The notes: generated by a model from the letters alone, not told the origin. A stretch of DNA of 64,000 bases from Marsupella aquatica (GCA_973895155.1 OZ316893.1:7898963-7962962), one strand, 5' to 3'; shown: positions 1 through 14,178, counted from the stretch's first letter. Numbers and translations: made by a program.

Positions 1-102
1 TACTGAGGGAGGTGGCCTTGTTTTAAAACTTTGATATTGGAAATATTCGACTGTACGTTGGTCTTGTGCTTTCTTCATGTTCTTAGTCCTATGATGCTGC
101 AG

Positions 103-3100
103 AGAGTCCGACATGAGCTGCTTGTCAAGTATGAGGATCACCTATTAAAGAACGAATGGTCAGGCCTTCATGCTCTTATGAGGAGTAACAAGGTGTGCGT
201 CTATCTTCCATCAATGTCTACAGTTCATTGTATGCGTAAGTATTGTTTGAAAGCTAGTAGATATATAATATAAAAATTAATATAAGTAATTAACAACTGC
301 TAGCAAACGTACCGGTAATTTATGAATATATATATATATGCTTTTTGCATGTCTTTTCTTAGTAAATTCAGATACAGGTTCTTCCATTCATCATGGAGTA
401 GCTAGCTAGTGTATAGATGGATACTGCTTGAGCTCCTATTATTCTTTAAATATTACATGGTATTGCGGTGGGTGATCGATACATGCATATGCTTAACAAT
501 TAAAACAATAACTATACTGCCCCGCCATACTGCATACAGGTAAATGATCTCTCCAGGATGTACAAACTCTTCTCTAGGATTCCCAAGGGAACCGAGTCAA
601 TGGCCGCCATATTTACACAGGTTTGTTTACCCAGGCTACCAAATTCTATAGATATGTACTATATAAGGTCCTTCAAACTTGACGTCATCAGTAGAGGGAA
701 CTTGTGGTAAGAATTGTAATATCGAGATTCTTTTGCGAAGTAAATCAACCGAGAAAAGGGAAACATTAAGAAATTTTCAAATATGTTCCAAAGAAACTAT
801 TATACACTGTATATATTAGTAATAGTCTCTTTATCACTAGCTTGCGGCTGCATAATGTCATTTGACATCTTTGAATCATATACAGGAAATAACACATGAA
901 GGAATAGCTTTGATGAAGCAAACAGAGGAGGCAGCCATTCTTAAGAAGGTACCTGTGAATGATTCATTGTGGGGACTTAGTTGGTTCAATTCTGATATTT
1001 ATGATCGTAGCATTTCTGGCGCTAAAAGTGTTTGGAGCTCATGCAGTTGGTTTCAATTTTCATCATGCGTTCAAAAATAATACGATTTAGTAATGAGTAT
1101 TAGTTTCCTTTTACATGTAGGTACTAGTCATGTACGTTTGCCATTGTGGACCGATATATTACAGAGCCTTACCAGTTAATTTCAGATAGCTTCATGCTAT
1201 ATACTATGTTTCTGCAATAGAGTTCTTTCATATAATCATCATGTCAACAAGTACGTAGTCTGGCTTGGCTTTGAGAACCCACTTAATTACTGTTAAAATT
1301 TCAAAGAGATACTGTCTTTGTTTCCATAAGTTGTAGAGATTTACTGAGCTTAGTGCTCGATCTATTTGTTTCCATGCACCTCCAGGCGGATAAGAAGGAC
1401 AAGCGTGAAGGTTGTGAGTTGGTGTGCCAGGCTTTGGTTCATAATTTATTTCAACTTCATGACAAGTACTCAAAGTACCTAACAGAATGCTTCCTCAATG
1501 ATTCACAGTTCCGCAAGGTTTGAAAGTCTTCCACTATATATTCTGGATGTTGTTATGGCTATATATGTGACTGCTTGATTTGAAAAGGTTGTATCTATCT
1601 ATTTGGCATATATAGACGAGTACGTACTTGATCTGTGCATATATAATTTTATTGAATTCCAAGTCAACGTCAGGCCAGCGGATATATAGTAAGGCGCCAT
1701 CGTCTGTGCAATCATCCATGGTCATAGAGGTTAAGATTATTTATCGGTTAATTATTCTTCTGTAGGCCTTAAAGGAGGGATTCGAGGTATTATGCAATAA
1801 GGATGTAGCAGGAAGTAGTAGCGCAGAGCTACTTGCCACATTTTGTGATCATCTCTTGCAAAAGGAAGGCAGTAAGATGTTAAGTGATGAAGATATTGAA
1901 GAGACCCTTGAAAAGGTGAGTAGCATCTCTTGACAATAGCTCTAATTAATCACATCCCGAAATCACGTATCTCAGGCTAAGATATCAAACAAAATTAATT
2001 TAGACATTTGGATTGATGGAACCTTTCAAGAATCCAATTCGAAAGTTTTCAGTAAAGTGTTTATCAGACATCGTATTCAAACATTGTTGTGTAAATTCTA
2101 ATGTCTTTTTTTTTAACTCCTCATGCACCTCCATGTCCCACTTAACCCTGTTCGATCCAACCCAACTACCTCCTAATTATATAGCTTGGGTCATGGCTAA
2201 CTTTCCAGGTTGTAAAAGTCCTTGCCTATATTCATCAGAAAGATATATTTGAAGAAGTTTACAGGTAGTCTATTCTTTAACCTATATTCCTCTCGATTTT
2301 ACATGAATTGTGCACCGTTTAAAAGATTTTAATGAAGGACTCTACATGGTTTCCTTCAAAATTTTGTGTTCATTCTGATTTTGGTTTAAGTAGGATTTGC
2401 TTAATTTCTCAAGGAAATATTTCTCTGCCTTCCCTACGTACATCACTGGATCTTGATCTTCCTTTAATCTTTCCTGGATTTCCCAGGACAAAGCTCGCTC
2501 GTAGACTTCTCCTTAACAAAAATTTAACTGGAGGTCATGAGCCGAGCATGATTAGAAAGTTAAAGCAGGAGTGTGGGTCTCAGTTTACATCAAAATTGGA
2601 AGGCATGGTAAGTTCCTTCTGAATTCAAGTGAGTTTGTAGACTTTAGGCATCACATTCGGTGACCTATTGCGATTATATTCGGTTCTTTAAACTTATCAC
2701 TTTCAGGTAGATTTTGCTTTTTGTTTTGTTTTATATCTGCTAATCAAATGGCTTTTTCTCAGATAAGCGACCTGCAACTAGCAACCGAAAACAAAATTGA
2801 CTTCCAAGATTACCTAAAGCACAACCCAGCATCGAACCAAGGAACAGACCTATCAGTGAGGGTACTCAAAAAATCATCGTGGCCTACATACAGATCTTCA
2901 GACCTAGTGTTTCCCCCTGAAATGGTAGAGCACTGATAATCTTCCTCATAATTATGGGTTTTGCTATTATATATTGTTGAAAATACAACAGAATGGTTTT
3001 CTGAATTACTAGTAGCTAGCTAACCGAAAATATTGTGGTGTTCAGATGAAAGCACGTGTTTTAGCTAGATATCTATCAAATTAACATTGCTACTGCATAT

Positions 3101-4981
3101 ATCAGCTGACTAAAGGTCGATCATCTCATTTCAGGTGAAATGTCTTGAGGTTTACGAAGAGTTCTACAAAGCTAAGCAGGTGTCCAGGAAATTGATATGG
3201 ATACACAATTTGGGAACATGTTTGATAGAAGTTCTTTTAAGCACTAAGTATGAACTTGTAGTGACACCATATCAGGTACTTCTTCATCCTTGATCTAGAA
3301 AAGTGCCTTCTTATGCTACATGGAATTTCTTTTTGTGAGCAGTTTGCCTTGATGAATGAAAATGAGAATCAAGAAAGCATGAATGAGTGATGAATAAATG
3401 AAAGTCTATCATGTCTCATGGGTTTTTCCTGGTTACCATTTCTCACTTGATTAGGTTTAATGTTTTTAAATCTCTCAAGTCGATCTCATCTAGTTTTTCC
3501 AGGTATCATTTCCCAATTGAATAATGCTCGTAAGAGTCTTCCCACCGATCATAACTAACATCAGCTCGCTTTCCTTCAGGCTGCTGTCCTACTTCTATTC
3601 AATGAGGCCGACGGGCTCAGCTATGCAGATATCAAGAGGAGATTGAATCTGGCAGATGACGAAATTGTTAGATTGTTACATTCTCTAGCCTGTGCCAAAC
3701 ACGAAATTCTAGTCAAGTATCCACGTACAGAGAGAGTAATCCCATCGGATCACTTCGCTTTCAATACTAATTTTTCAGCCAAGACTACGCGCATTAAGGT
3801 TTGTGAGTCTGGATATGCCCTTATTTTCTTGCTAGATTCTTAATTTCGTTTGAGATTCCTAATATTCCTAAACATCTGATATTCCAAGTCAGTGAGTCCA
3901 GACATGCCATTATAACATGTCATTATTAATATTCTCAAACTCAATAGACTACTCTTAGGCTTGCATCTTAGTTATGTACTCTGAGATTATATGTTCTAAT
4001 AAAATGTTGCTTTAATTCCCGTTTAATTTCCTGTGAGCAGATCTCTCTTCCATCTCTGGATGAAAACAAGAAAGTGATTCAAGCCGTAGAGGAAGACAGG
4101 CGCAGTTCTATTGATGCTTCTATCGTCAGAATATTGAAACGCCGGAAAATCATACATTATCAACAGCTGGTTCTTGAAGCTATTGAGCAACTAAGAGTGA
4201 AATTCAAGGTAAGAATTCACTAGAATCTCTATGAAGTCAAAAATTCTAGAGGATATATATTTAGTCCTAGCTAGTGTACTTGAACCTGAGGCTATCTGTG
4301 TAAAGAACTTGCATTTCTATGCCAAACTAGCCCTACTATCCGTCTGAACGTGAGAGGAGAGAACATTAATACAGTGTAACAAAATATATTCCTCATACAT
4401 AATATACTTACTTGTATATATACTTTGGAGGGGCCTTAGAGTCACCCTCTAAAGACTTCACTATAAAAACCTAGCTAGTCCCTGACTCTAGCTAGCTTCT
4501 CCTTCTCGCTTTATAAGTAAGATGTGTTTAGTTATTAATTAGGCCTGAAATTCCAGGTTTAAAGCCATGCCCGCATGTATTTGGTAACTATATACTAGGA
4601 CTGAAAGTAAATATTTCACTAGAATTTAAACCTCAGCTCGTGGTACGTATTTGGTAACTATATACTAGGACTGAATGTCAAGGAAAGATTTCACTAGCTA
4701 GAATCGATAAACCCAAAACTCGTGGTAGATTCTTAGCCGCGCTTAGGCATATGGGTACTTGAACCTGAGTCTACACATGCATATGGAAAGATTCTGTAAT
4801 CCTAAATATGTCACGCAAAGGTCCAATGGACATCTTGTTTACTCACATAAAATCAATGTGCTATGCTTAATTGAATCAGCCCGATCCGAAGCTCATCAAG
4901 AGGCGTATTGAAGACCTGATTGATCGCGAGTACTTTGAAAGGGACCCGGAAGATCCAAATAGGTTAATATATTTGGCTTGA
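103..4981 (+). CDS. CUL1: Cullin-1-like protein, divergent paralogue; 5' part lies outside the window
   Basis: Exons read by hand, all GT-AG and in frame: 103-192, 540-620, 886-948, 1386-1517, 1766-1915, 2209-2264, 2487-2607, 2763-2924, 3135-3275, 3580-3798, 4041-4208, 4880-4981 (TGA). Cullin motifs: [57 protein letters not shown], neddylation region [12 protein letters not shown], and C-terminal [17 protein letters not shown]. Confidence 0.92.
4576..4728. repeat. Two diverged ~70-bp direct repeats in the last cullin intron
   Basis: gtatttggtaactatatactaggactgaa...atttcactag...ctcgtggta occurs twice. Confidence 0.7.
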
Positions 4982-6269
4982 GTACTGTGTAAATGTTGGA
5001 CGTACTTCAGTATATTAGCTAGTTGTGAGATTAGTTGGATTATGAGGGTGCACATGTATAGGCAAATTTCTCCTGATCGATTCCTCAATCAGTCAGAGGA
5101 ACAGGAAAGAGACCTCACTCCTAGCTAAGCAAGAGGGAAGGATGTTCAATCTCATGACATTAATTTTAGACATGTCAAAACTTTTTTGTTCTACCTACTG
5201 AGTCCTTGCACTGTTTGAATACAATCTCACTGATTGATTTAATTTCGTTATTTATTTCCGAGAAAAAATTGAATGATTCAAAGTTTGGCATAGCCTCAAA
5301 AACCAAAAATACGCCACATGAATTTGCCAATTTGATGACGAGGCGAAGAACACGACTGGATTTCTCGATTGCAGCCAGTGGAGTACCAAATTAAATTTAC
5401 ATCAATCAAGATTTTGGTTCCTCTCGCTTCTGACCAGATCCATGTCAACTTTAATCAATGCACTGAGCATTAAAGGTTGGGGACTATGACATCCGTGATC
5501 GAGCCTTAGGCACATCGACCTGCCCCGCGGAAGAATGCGGATGTCATAGTCCCCAACTTTTATTACTATTGTAAATGTAACTAGGGGAGATCTGTATTGA
5601 ACACGTGCATTGACCTCGATCTTTTTATAGCAATGTAGGTTATCATAGGTATGGACCAGATTAATCTTTCTTGGGTCTTCAGGGAATATTAACATGATCA
5701 ACATATATATTAGCTCAATTGTCACTTAAAGTTGATCATTGAGGAATCTTGCAATCAGTTAATTGGTGTCATTGTTTGTAGTGCTGCTTTGAGGGTTTTG
5801 TGAGATTGAATGTGCCTGGGGCACTAGCCCTGTATCATTTGGTGTTGCAGTTAGTAATTAACTATAATTCAATTCCTAGCAATTTATCAGACAACTGACA
5901 ATCAATAAACTCAAATGTTTTCTTGTACTAATAAAAGTGCATCTCCTAACATGGGCACACATTTATATGTATGTTTAGTTAGGGTTTACCCTAGAAACCC
6001 TATATGAAGCCTTAATTTGCACACCCATCATTTGTATTCAGAAGGTTATTTTAATGAAGGAAAGAAGGTGTACTACAATTGTGTGCTACTTATATTTATT
6101 CTGAAATTAGAGCAATTAATAAGATACAGACTCACAATGGCAATAATTTACATCAAGGAACGACTGAATTTGATAAATTCTCTAAAGCATAAAATTGAAC
6201 ATTTTTTGACTGCCGGTCTTCTATGCTTTTTATTAGGACTGAGGATGTGGGTATATGAAAATTCTACAT

Positions 6270-6332
6270 ATGAATCCTAATTCTAGCTAGTGTTGTAGGA
6301 TATGAATCCTAATTCTAGCTAGTGTTGTAGGA
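6270..6332. repeat. 31-bp tandem duplication
   Basis: atatgaatcctaattctagctagtgttgtagga occurs twice in tandem. Confidence 0.8.
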
Positions 6333-6599
6333 CGACACGAGCCCTAGGTGTGCAACTCCTCTACATATTAAGTTATAATGGATTTTGATGCAAGAGGGAA
6401 CAGTGAATATTATTGTATTTCTAGTCCAAGCAATTTGATGTCATGTCAAGGAATCCATAAATATGCAAAGTCTTAAACTAAAAATGCGGATGCCTTGGTG
6501 GGAAAAGTAGTTTTGAAGGAAAATATATGGCCGATCTGTTCGGGCATATTTAATTACTCTTGGGGATAGTCCCATTTCTTGGAACAACAAACGCCAAGC

Positions 6600-7680
6600 C
6601 AGATCGAGTGAGTAAACTTCTACAGAATCAGAATATATGGCTTTATCTTCTTGGGCACAAGAAGCTGTATACATCCGCCTACTGCTCCTTGAACTTCAAC
6701 TCATTCTCGATGTTCCCGATGTTGAGGTCACACTCAATTGCAAGGACCATCACATTCTTGCATTGATGCTCTTCCCTCTTCTCGACAAACTCTTCACTGT
6801 GACAACGACGGTGCCATCAAGCTTGCGCGAAACCACGTTTTTTTTCACGCTCGCACCAAACATATCGGAAGTCCATCATCACTTCATTCGAGAACTTCCC
6901 GCATCCTTGAGGGGGAATTAAACCTTAGGTACATTCTAACTGAAATTCAACCTGCTCATGTACTCACCAAGGCCTTATCCCGACCTCACTTTGAACGACA
7001 TCTATCTGCTATTGGAGTTCTGGACTTCGATCGAGTTCTGGACCTGATCGAGATGCATTCCCGATACTAAACCACATTGAATGTCAAGGTCACATTTCTG
7101 TTTAGCTCTTTTGATCTGTCTGTAACCTGTTTGACCAGCTCCGATGGACTTACCAACTCTTTCTGAAGCTGAATAAGTCTACGATAAATTTATAATTCTT
7201 ATCAGGCTTATGTTTATTCACCGTGCCACATCCCTATGTACATCCAAGTGATTCACAAAATTTATGATTCTTATCAGGCTTATGTTTATCCACCACATCC
7301 CCGTGTACGTACATCGAACTGATTCACGTGATCTTGTCACGTCCGGAGCTTCTCAGTGAGAAGTATGATTGTATATATCCGGCTGTTCTGCTGTGTCGAC
7401 TCCCCAAATATCACGGCTCGTTATCCGCTTCTTTGCAGTAGGGACGTGCCTTGTACGTATCATGTTTCATAGTAGATCTTTAGGTAACTGTTCTTACTCT
7501 TGATGGATCGAACTGTACGTATTAATTCTAGCATGTATTTATGTGAGGCCTCCGCCTCCCCTTCTCATTCATTGAAGGAGATCAATAAAGTAGTTCCCTT
7601 ACTATTCCAGGGAAGGAGGTTAAGAGATGCACTTGCTTAGTCAATTTCATTCCTGTCATTGGTTAGTATTGCGTCAACTA
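6600..7680 (+). mobile_element. Degraded Ty1/copia 3' fragment (RNase H, 3' UTR, probable PPT and 3' LTR)
   Basis: Frameshifted peptides EYMALSSWAQEAVYIRLLLLEL, LHCDNDGAIKLARN...HARTKHI, EVHHHFIRE and QPAHVLTKALSRPHFE match the copia RNase H C-terminus. A purine tract agtagggacg at ~7437 is followed by TG; the LTR end is uncertain. Confidence 0.8.
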
Positions 7681-8180
7681 CCTGGTAGATGCGCTTGCTT
7701 TTCGGTCATTGATCACTCCCGATCAGTTCTCCTCGATCTCCATCCGCCCGATGAGAGTATATAACGTACTAGGGCCTCTCGTCATTCTCTCTCATTCTCC
7801 AATCTTCTCTTTTCGCGCCAGCCCATCCACGCCAATATCACATTGTTGCCCAGCAACTACTATTCTAACCAAGAGCTTTAGCTTTAGTTGCACATTACAA
7901 GGTACGTAGCTAGCTAGCTAGCCAGAGCGCTTCTGAGAGATTTTTTGGTTGACGAGTTTGGAGCCACTACTTCAAGTGTTACTTTTCGAAGACGCGATGG
8001 GGATGTACCATCTTCTTCAGGCGCTGAGCCTCCTAAAAAACGCCATGATTGTCGAACAGGGGTCCAGTTTCAAGACTTCAACGTCATTGGCAGGCCGATT
8101 GGTGGAGAAACTTCGATCTTTCTCCGACCGTGACCTTCCTGGGCTTGAGCTTACACGTCCATATAATACATGTGTATGTC

Positions 8181-9412
8181 CACTCCCATCTGAAGTGAAC
8201 GTCCCGGTGACTTAACGCTCCTATGACAGACTCAGAATTTTTGGCAATACTAGCAGAAAGCTATCCATCGTCTCTACAGTTGATGCCGTTTCTAGAAGCT
8301 TACCCTCCTGTAGACGTGGATATAGATTCAAATTACGTACAGGAACGAGGAAATAGAAGTATCAAACTACGACCTCTGCTCAACAGCTACTAGTAAGATG
8401 TATGATCGTGTCATGGTGGTTGAGCCTACTGTTCCAGAGACACAAGGCGCACCACCTCCAATGAAAGTTTCCCGGGACGTTTCGATCGAAGTTGTTAAGT
8501 AAGCATGCACCTTTGATCTCTCGATCACCAAGCAGCGTCTGCAATGCCGACGGTGGCCCTGGTCATCGTATTACCGAGGTTCTGGATGCAGATACTAGAG
8601 GTGGGGAATCAAATGGTGGAAACCTCTGTGAATGACTCAGACTTTTTTCCAACATTCAGACCAGTGACAAGTTTAATTCAGTGATCTTAATATTAGGACT
8701 AGCTTTACATGTCAGATAGGATATTAACCTAGACTAGTGTACCTAGTCAGATTTAAATTCAAACGTACTACAAAAATCTAGTTTAAGGATTTGCATTAAA
8801 TCTACCTGCCAGCGCCTAACTATCTTGACTGTGACAAGTGGGACGCAGCTAGCCCTTTGTGTACTGGCAGCAGCGCCAGCGCCACCTATTTGTGCTGATC
8901 GCTTGGGCTGCTACGTATTGCCTTTGTATTTTTTCAGATGGAGGGCCTCTACTTGAGGGTCTCCTCTCATGCGATTCATTGCATTGTGTATATTTGTGTT
9001 TATCTTGTGTTGAGCGCGCGTATGCTTTCGTCACAAAACCTCTCTCTCAAAACGAAAAATTTATTCTGCATTCCAGATAATGCAGGGGTACCTTCACTCC
9101 CATCTGAAGTTAACGTCTCTGTTACGCTCCTAGCTATGACGGACTCAGAATTTTCGGCAATACTAGCAGAAAGCGATCCATCGTCGCTATAATTGATGCC
9201 GTTTCTAGAAGGTTACCCTCCTGTAGTCGACGAGGAGATAGATTCAAATTAGGAACGAGGAAATAGAAGTATCAAACTACGACCTCTGCTAAGCTATATA
9301 TATAGATACTAGTAACATGTATGATAGTGTCATGGTGGCTGAGCCTAATCTTGAAGAGACACAAGGCGCACCACCTCCAATTCCCGCTCCAATTAATGAA
9401 AGTTTCCCGGGA
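8181..9412. repeat. Diverged direct duplication of ~300 bp (8181-8477 and 9095-9412)
   Basis: Shared collinear blocks cactcccatctgaagt, gactcagaattt, ttgatgccgtttctagaag, aggaacgaggaaatagaagtatcaaactacgacctctgct, gagacacaaggcgcaccacctccaa, atgaaagtttcccggga. Confidence 0.85.
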
Positions 9413-9645
9413 AGATCGATCGACCTGAAGATAGGTCACTCGAAAGAGGCTCACTGAGACTGATGCTTATGCGGGACTTAGATGTTTTGGACCAATATAT
9501 ATATTATTCTCTTATGCCCAAAGCAAAGCCAATCCGGCACAAAATATGTTGAGTAAGCAAAACCCTTTTGGGGTGGAGATGCTTTAAGAGGGAAGAAAGC
9601 AAAGCAAGCAAAAAATTGAGTAAGGAAAACCAACCAGTCCCATCT

Positions 9646-12600
9646 CTCAAGATCGATCATTGTTTATTGACCTCATGTTTCTTAGGCGACTTTATTGGTA
9701 TTCCGACAAATGCATTCAGATTTCCGGTCAGCTAAACATGTAAACTTTGTTGAAAAGGCCATCGACAATGCAATTATATTTAATCAAGCTACAGAAGTCT
9801 ATTTAGCCTTAACCAGTGGTCAAAACAGGCCCTGCTACCACGCTGCTGAAGACAAGCCAGAGTTATTCTGGATGAAACCATCCATGCATGATAGACAAAA
9901 ACAAGTCAATATATGCTATATATATAGAGATAGAAAGACCTTCACAAAACGAACGAGGTTTTATTTTTCAGAACAGCACCTTCAAAATGGGAATAGGTGT
10001 TCATTGGATACAATCTATGCTCTGGATGATCCGGCAATCGCCTATAAGGTTTGCCTGTTATTCTAAAGACGTTCTATCTTCCCCTCAACCTAGCTTCCTG
10101 AAGCATCGCGCTTGGGGCACGACAGTTTCTATATAACCTCCTGGACTCCGAGCTTATTCTTAGTTTTCACCATTCGACTAAGAACTCTGAATCCAAGGAT
10201 ACTCTTGGTTCCAGGTTGAGGTTTGATTGGAGAACCAAAAAACTCCGTCCGGAGTGATCTTCCACATACAGTCATTACATTGATTCAGAAAGGCCGCATC
10301 GGAGGCATGAGACCAGACTGGGAAACTCTGCTTTTGGGGCTTGAAGGTGGGACTTTGTGGGGCAACGGCCCAAAATCGCACCTCCAGACGTCCAATGCAC
10401 CTGGGGACCAGGTACGGCAGAAATGCTGCCTGGGTATCAATGTGGCAACAGGCAGATCAATGCCAAGAACATCGTAGCAATGAACATTGACTACTACGTA
10501 CGTCATTAGGGTTTAGGGTTGTGAATCACCATAAACGATGTCAAAGCTCACACCCTGGCTTTGTCCCATTACGAAAGGCGAATCCCCGGCAAAGATGGCA
10601 CTAATCACTAATCACTAATCACTAGCTAGTGCTCCGTTTCTCCCGAGAAGAACGATTGCCCGCAGCTTCTTCAAATGTGAGCTGGTGAACACATGGGAAG
10701 AGCTTATGTACCCTCTGGTGAGTCAGCCAGCCGGAGTTTGTTCCTATTACATGAGTTTTGGGTAAGGAGGGGTGTTAGGGTCAGACTGGGAGGGTTCTTC
10801 GGGAGATCACGGGAACGGCAGAGGGCATGGATTGGTGTGTGTGGATGGTCAAGATTGTGAGTACTCTAATCTGACGGCTAGAGGGATACCAAATGCATAT
10901 GTCCAAATCATATTTTTAAATACATGGGTCTACAGTAGCCAGGTTTTGGCCGGGGATTTTTATTAAAATTTGAAAAATATTTTAATAAAAATTACAAAAA
11001 ATTTAAAAATATTTTTCCCTGGGGTACATAACTCTTATATAATTGTAGGGGTCTACATTTTTTATATGTACTAAAAAATTGATTATACAAAATCATTAAA
11101 ATTTGAAAAAACCTAGGTTTTTAACTTTTACAATTTTTCAAGTCATATAAAAGGTTCTCTCGCAATCCTTACTCAATTAACTCTCGACCTAAGAACCAAG
11201 GCCATATCAAGAGATTATCTTACTTCAATAATTGAACAGCTAGCTAGTCTCTATATATATATATAGCCCAGGTTACCAACCAATATTAACAGCACTCAAC
11301 CTCAACAAGGAGAACTAACTTACAGTAAATTGTAAGATTAGGATCTTCCAGGATCAGGACAGATTTGACCGCTGCTCCGATCGATGCATTCTTCCATTCT
11401 ATGTGAAAAGTTAATGATCGAAGACTTGTCGACGATTCTTAAAGAACAGAATTAATTATGGGCACTGGTTCAGACTACTGTAGAATGATGCTAACGCCAC
11501 ATCCTCGATCACATTCGGTTTGTTTCTCATCTTCATTAATTGTATATATACTGCGGTGATCTCATATTCCCAACTGATGCTGCAGGCTTCCAGGAAGCAA
11601 TCCTGCAAACGGATCGAGATTACTCAATTCAACTTCCAATTTAAGTTTACCTGTTCATATGGATCATCTCGCGTCGCAGTTTATATATAATCTGTCTAAT
11701 AGATGTATCGATCGAAAATTGAAAGCTTACTAACTTGCTCTTGCTCCGCAGTGGCCTGTTGCATGCATCGGAATTAAGACTATCGATCTACAGGTGCTCG
11801 GAAACGTATATAATTAACTTACTTGATCCGCAGTAGCACACTCGTAAGGAAACCAAATGTTGCATAGCTTTTACTCCTCTTCTTATAAAAGGCGAGTGAT
11901 TTCATATTATAAACCAATATCACACAATCTATCATATATATTTAATTTTGTCACATATGAGAGTTTAATCTAAAAGAAAAATACTCTGAAATAATTGCTA
12001 TTCGATCAGTAAACTTGACCAAAACGGCAGCCATATATCGATCCATTGTGAGGAACACGAAATTGCTGAAACTCTTCTTTGTGATGGATAGCCCTCGTTG
12101 CTCATGAAGAAACGAGGTCCGATCGATTCAAACTGCATGATTACCTAGCTACTTATCGTCAGAAGGAATTCTACTACGTATACGGTAGCTGCAAGAGCAT
12201 CCACGGGCTGCATCACCGCAGGCCTCAACGAACTCTCAAGCGAAGACACGCGAGTAGGGTGATCGAACGTACGTACGATGCTGGTGAAGAAAGCCTGCGA
12301 TAGTGACCTGCATCGCCATCGGACACGGATCAGCTAGCTCTACGATATATGTGCAAGTGTTCAGGACACTGTATAGCTATATATGCACACGTAGGCAGCA
12401 TATATTACCAGAGAGATCTTCTCTAAGCCCCTGTCTGGTCTCTAGTCAGAACCCTATTAATTTCTAGCTAGCTCCACTGGCCATGCATATCGTTCACCAT
12501 TAAGCTTCAAGCACAAACGAACAGATCGAGCTAGCTAGTTGTAAGGCCTTCTATCACAGCTCAGATTCTGGGATAGTTTTGTGCTTCACAAATAGTGCGA

Positions 12601-13863
12601 GCCAGACATAATACTTAGTACATTAAACAGTACGTGTGGCTCCTACCCTAAATATCCAGGAAATTTTAAGATAATTAATTTGGGATAAAACAAGACTGAT
12701 CTGAAGGTCTCCTATACATATATAACAACTCTTGGACTGTATATAATCCTATTTTTTAAATGAGAAGCCAATATATCCGTCCTGTATTGATTGAAATCTA
12801 GAATAAAAAAGATAGAGAGAATATTAAAGGAAGAGTGAGGAGGTTCAGAAGGATCGGATGATAAGTACGTATGCCAAGCAAACTAAGTGTACGTTCTGAT
12901 CGAATTGGCCATGCATAGGTGGGGAGGGATGAGTGGGTAAAGGGTAGTGTACTGTGCAATTGAACATTAAACTTGCATGAGTCCTGTCGATCAATATGGG
13001 ATATATATATAGAAGTGGGGAAAGACAGGCCAGACTAATTCTGACATCATTCATTCAGAGAGGGAGGGATGGATGGAAGGGCCAGACTGTACTGAATAAT
13101 GCACCTAGATCATTGGACTACCAGTTTGATGACACTGCCCTCAAACGTCAGTGTTCATCACGAAACCTGGATTGATCCGTCGAGTCTGCACGTTCCACCA
13201 TTAATATTCCTTTTTTCGTGATCCTGGAGGAGAATGGGCGAATGGCAGGGTACTTAGAGGAAATGAATGAATGAATGAATGGAGTGTAGAAAAGGGGAAG
13301 TCTTGGATGATTGTCCACCTTGTTTATTGGTAGTAGCCGTTTTGCCTCACGTCGGTATCCTTGCTTCGGTCAGTCTGCGCTCAATGACCTCAAGATCGAT
13401 CACTCCATATTGACCTCATGTTTTTTAGGCGAGGTAATTGGTATATAATCCAACAGATGCATCCAGATTTCCAGTCAGCTGAACTCGTAAAGTGTTTTGA
13501 AAAGGTCATCCACATGCAATATTAATTAATATACAGAAGTCCACTTAGCCCGGCCCAATGCCAAAGAGGCCCTGCCACCACGATGATAGAGAAAAACACT
13601 CCATGATAGAGAAAAGCAAGTCCATGATAGAGAAAGAAAGACCTTCACCACACGAACAAGCTAGGATTTTTAGTACTCACAACAGCACCTTCCAAATGGA
13701 AATCGGTGTTCATTCGATACAAACTATACATGCTGTGCATGATCTGGGCAGTTGCCTATAAGGCTTACCTTTTATTCTAAGGATGTTCTTCGCATCAACC
13801 TAGCTTCCTTAAGCATCACGCTTTGGGGCACGACAGTTCCTAACATCGTGGACTCCAAGCTTA
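9646..13863. repeat. Diverged direct duplication of ~500 bp (9646-10156 and 13389-13863), possibly pseudogenic coding sequence on the minus strand
   Basis: Shared collinear blocks ctcaagatcgatca, attgacctcatgttt, gaaagaccttcac, aacagcaccttc, tcaacctagcttcct, tggggcacgacagtt, tggactcc.agctta. Confidence 0.8.
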
Positions 13864-14104
13864 ATTGTACATCTCCTTGCAGTCAGTCCCATGTCAACTG
13901 CTTTGGCAGACTTTTCCGCCCAGAATTTCATCATTCTCCTTTCTCCAAATCATACTTTAGTACGAAACCACTTAGTCAAGCATATAAGATTTCTAATCCG
14001 TGGATTCCCTGGACAACCTATTTGCGTTGCAGGATTATGTATTCAAGTTTGTTTTCAAGTGATCTACCAGAAATAAATAACTAATAACTTGATTTTGGTT
14101 GTGT

Positions 14105-14178
14105 GCTGGATTAGCTCAGTTGGTTAGAGCGTGCGGCTGTTAACCGCAAGGTCGGAGGTTCGACCCCTCCATCTAGCG
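14105..14178 (+). tRNA. trnN-GUU: tRNA-Asn (anticodon GUU), cytosolic plant type
   Basis: GCTGGATTAGCTCAGTTGGTTAGAGCGTGCGGCTGTTAACCGCAAGGTCGGAGGTTCGACCCCTCCATCTAGCG: 7-bp acceptor stem, D arm with A box, TGCGG/CCGCA anticodon stem around CTGTTAA, and a GGTTCGA T loop. Confidence 0.97.

Noticed and set aside
14105-14178. tRNA-Asn as primer or targeting signal for the nearby copia
   Set aside because: The PBS matches initiator tRNA-Met, and the insertion is 1.26 kb downstream; one case does not show tRNA-gene targeting.
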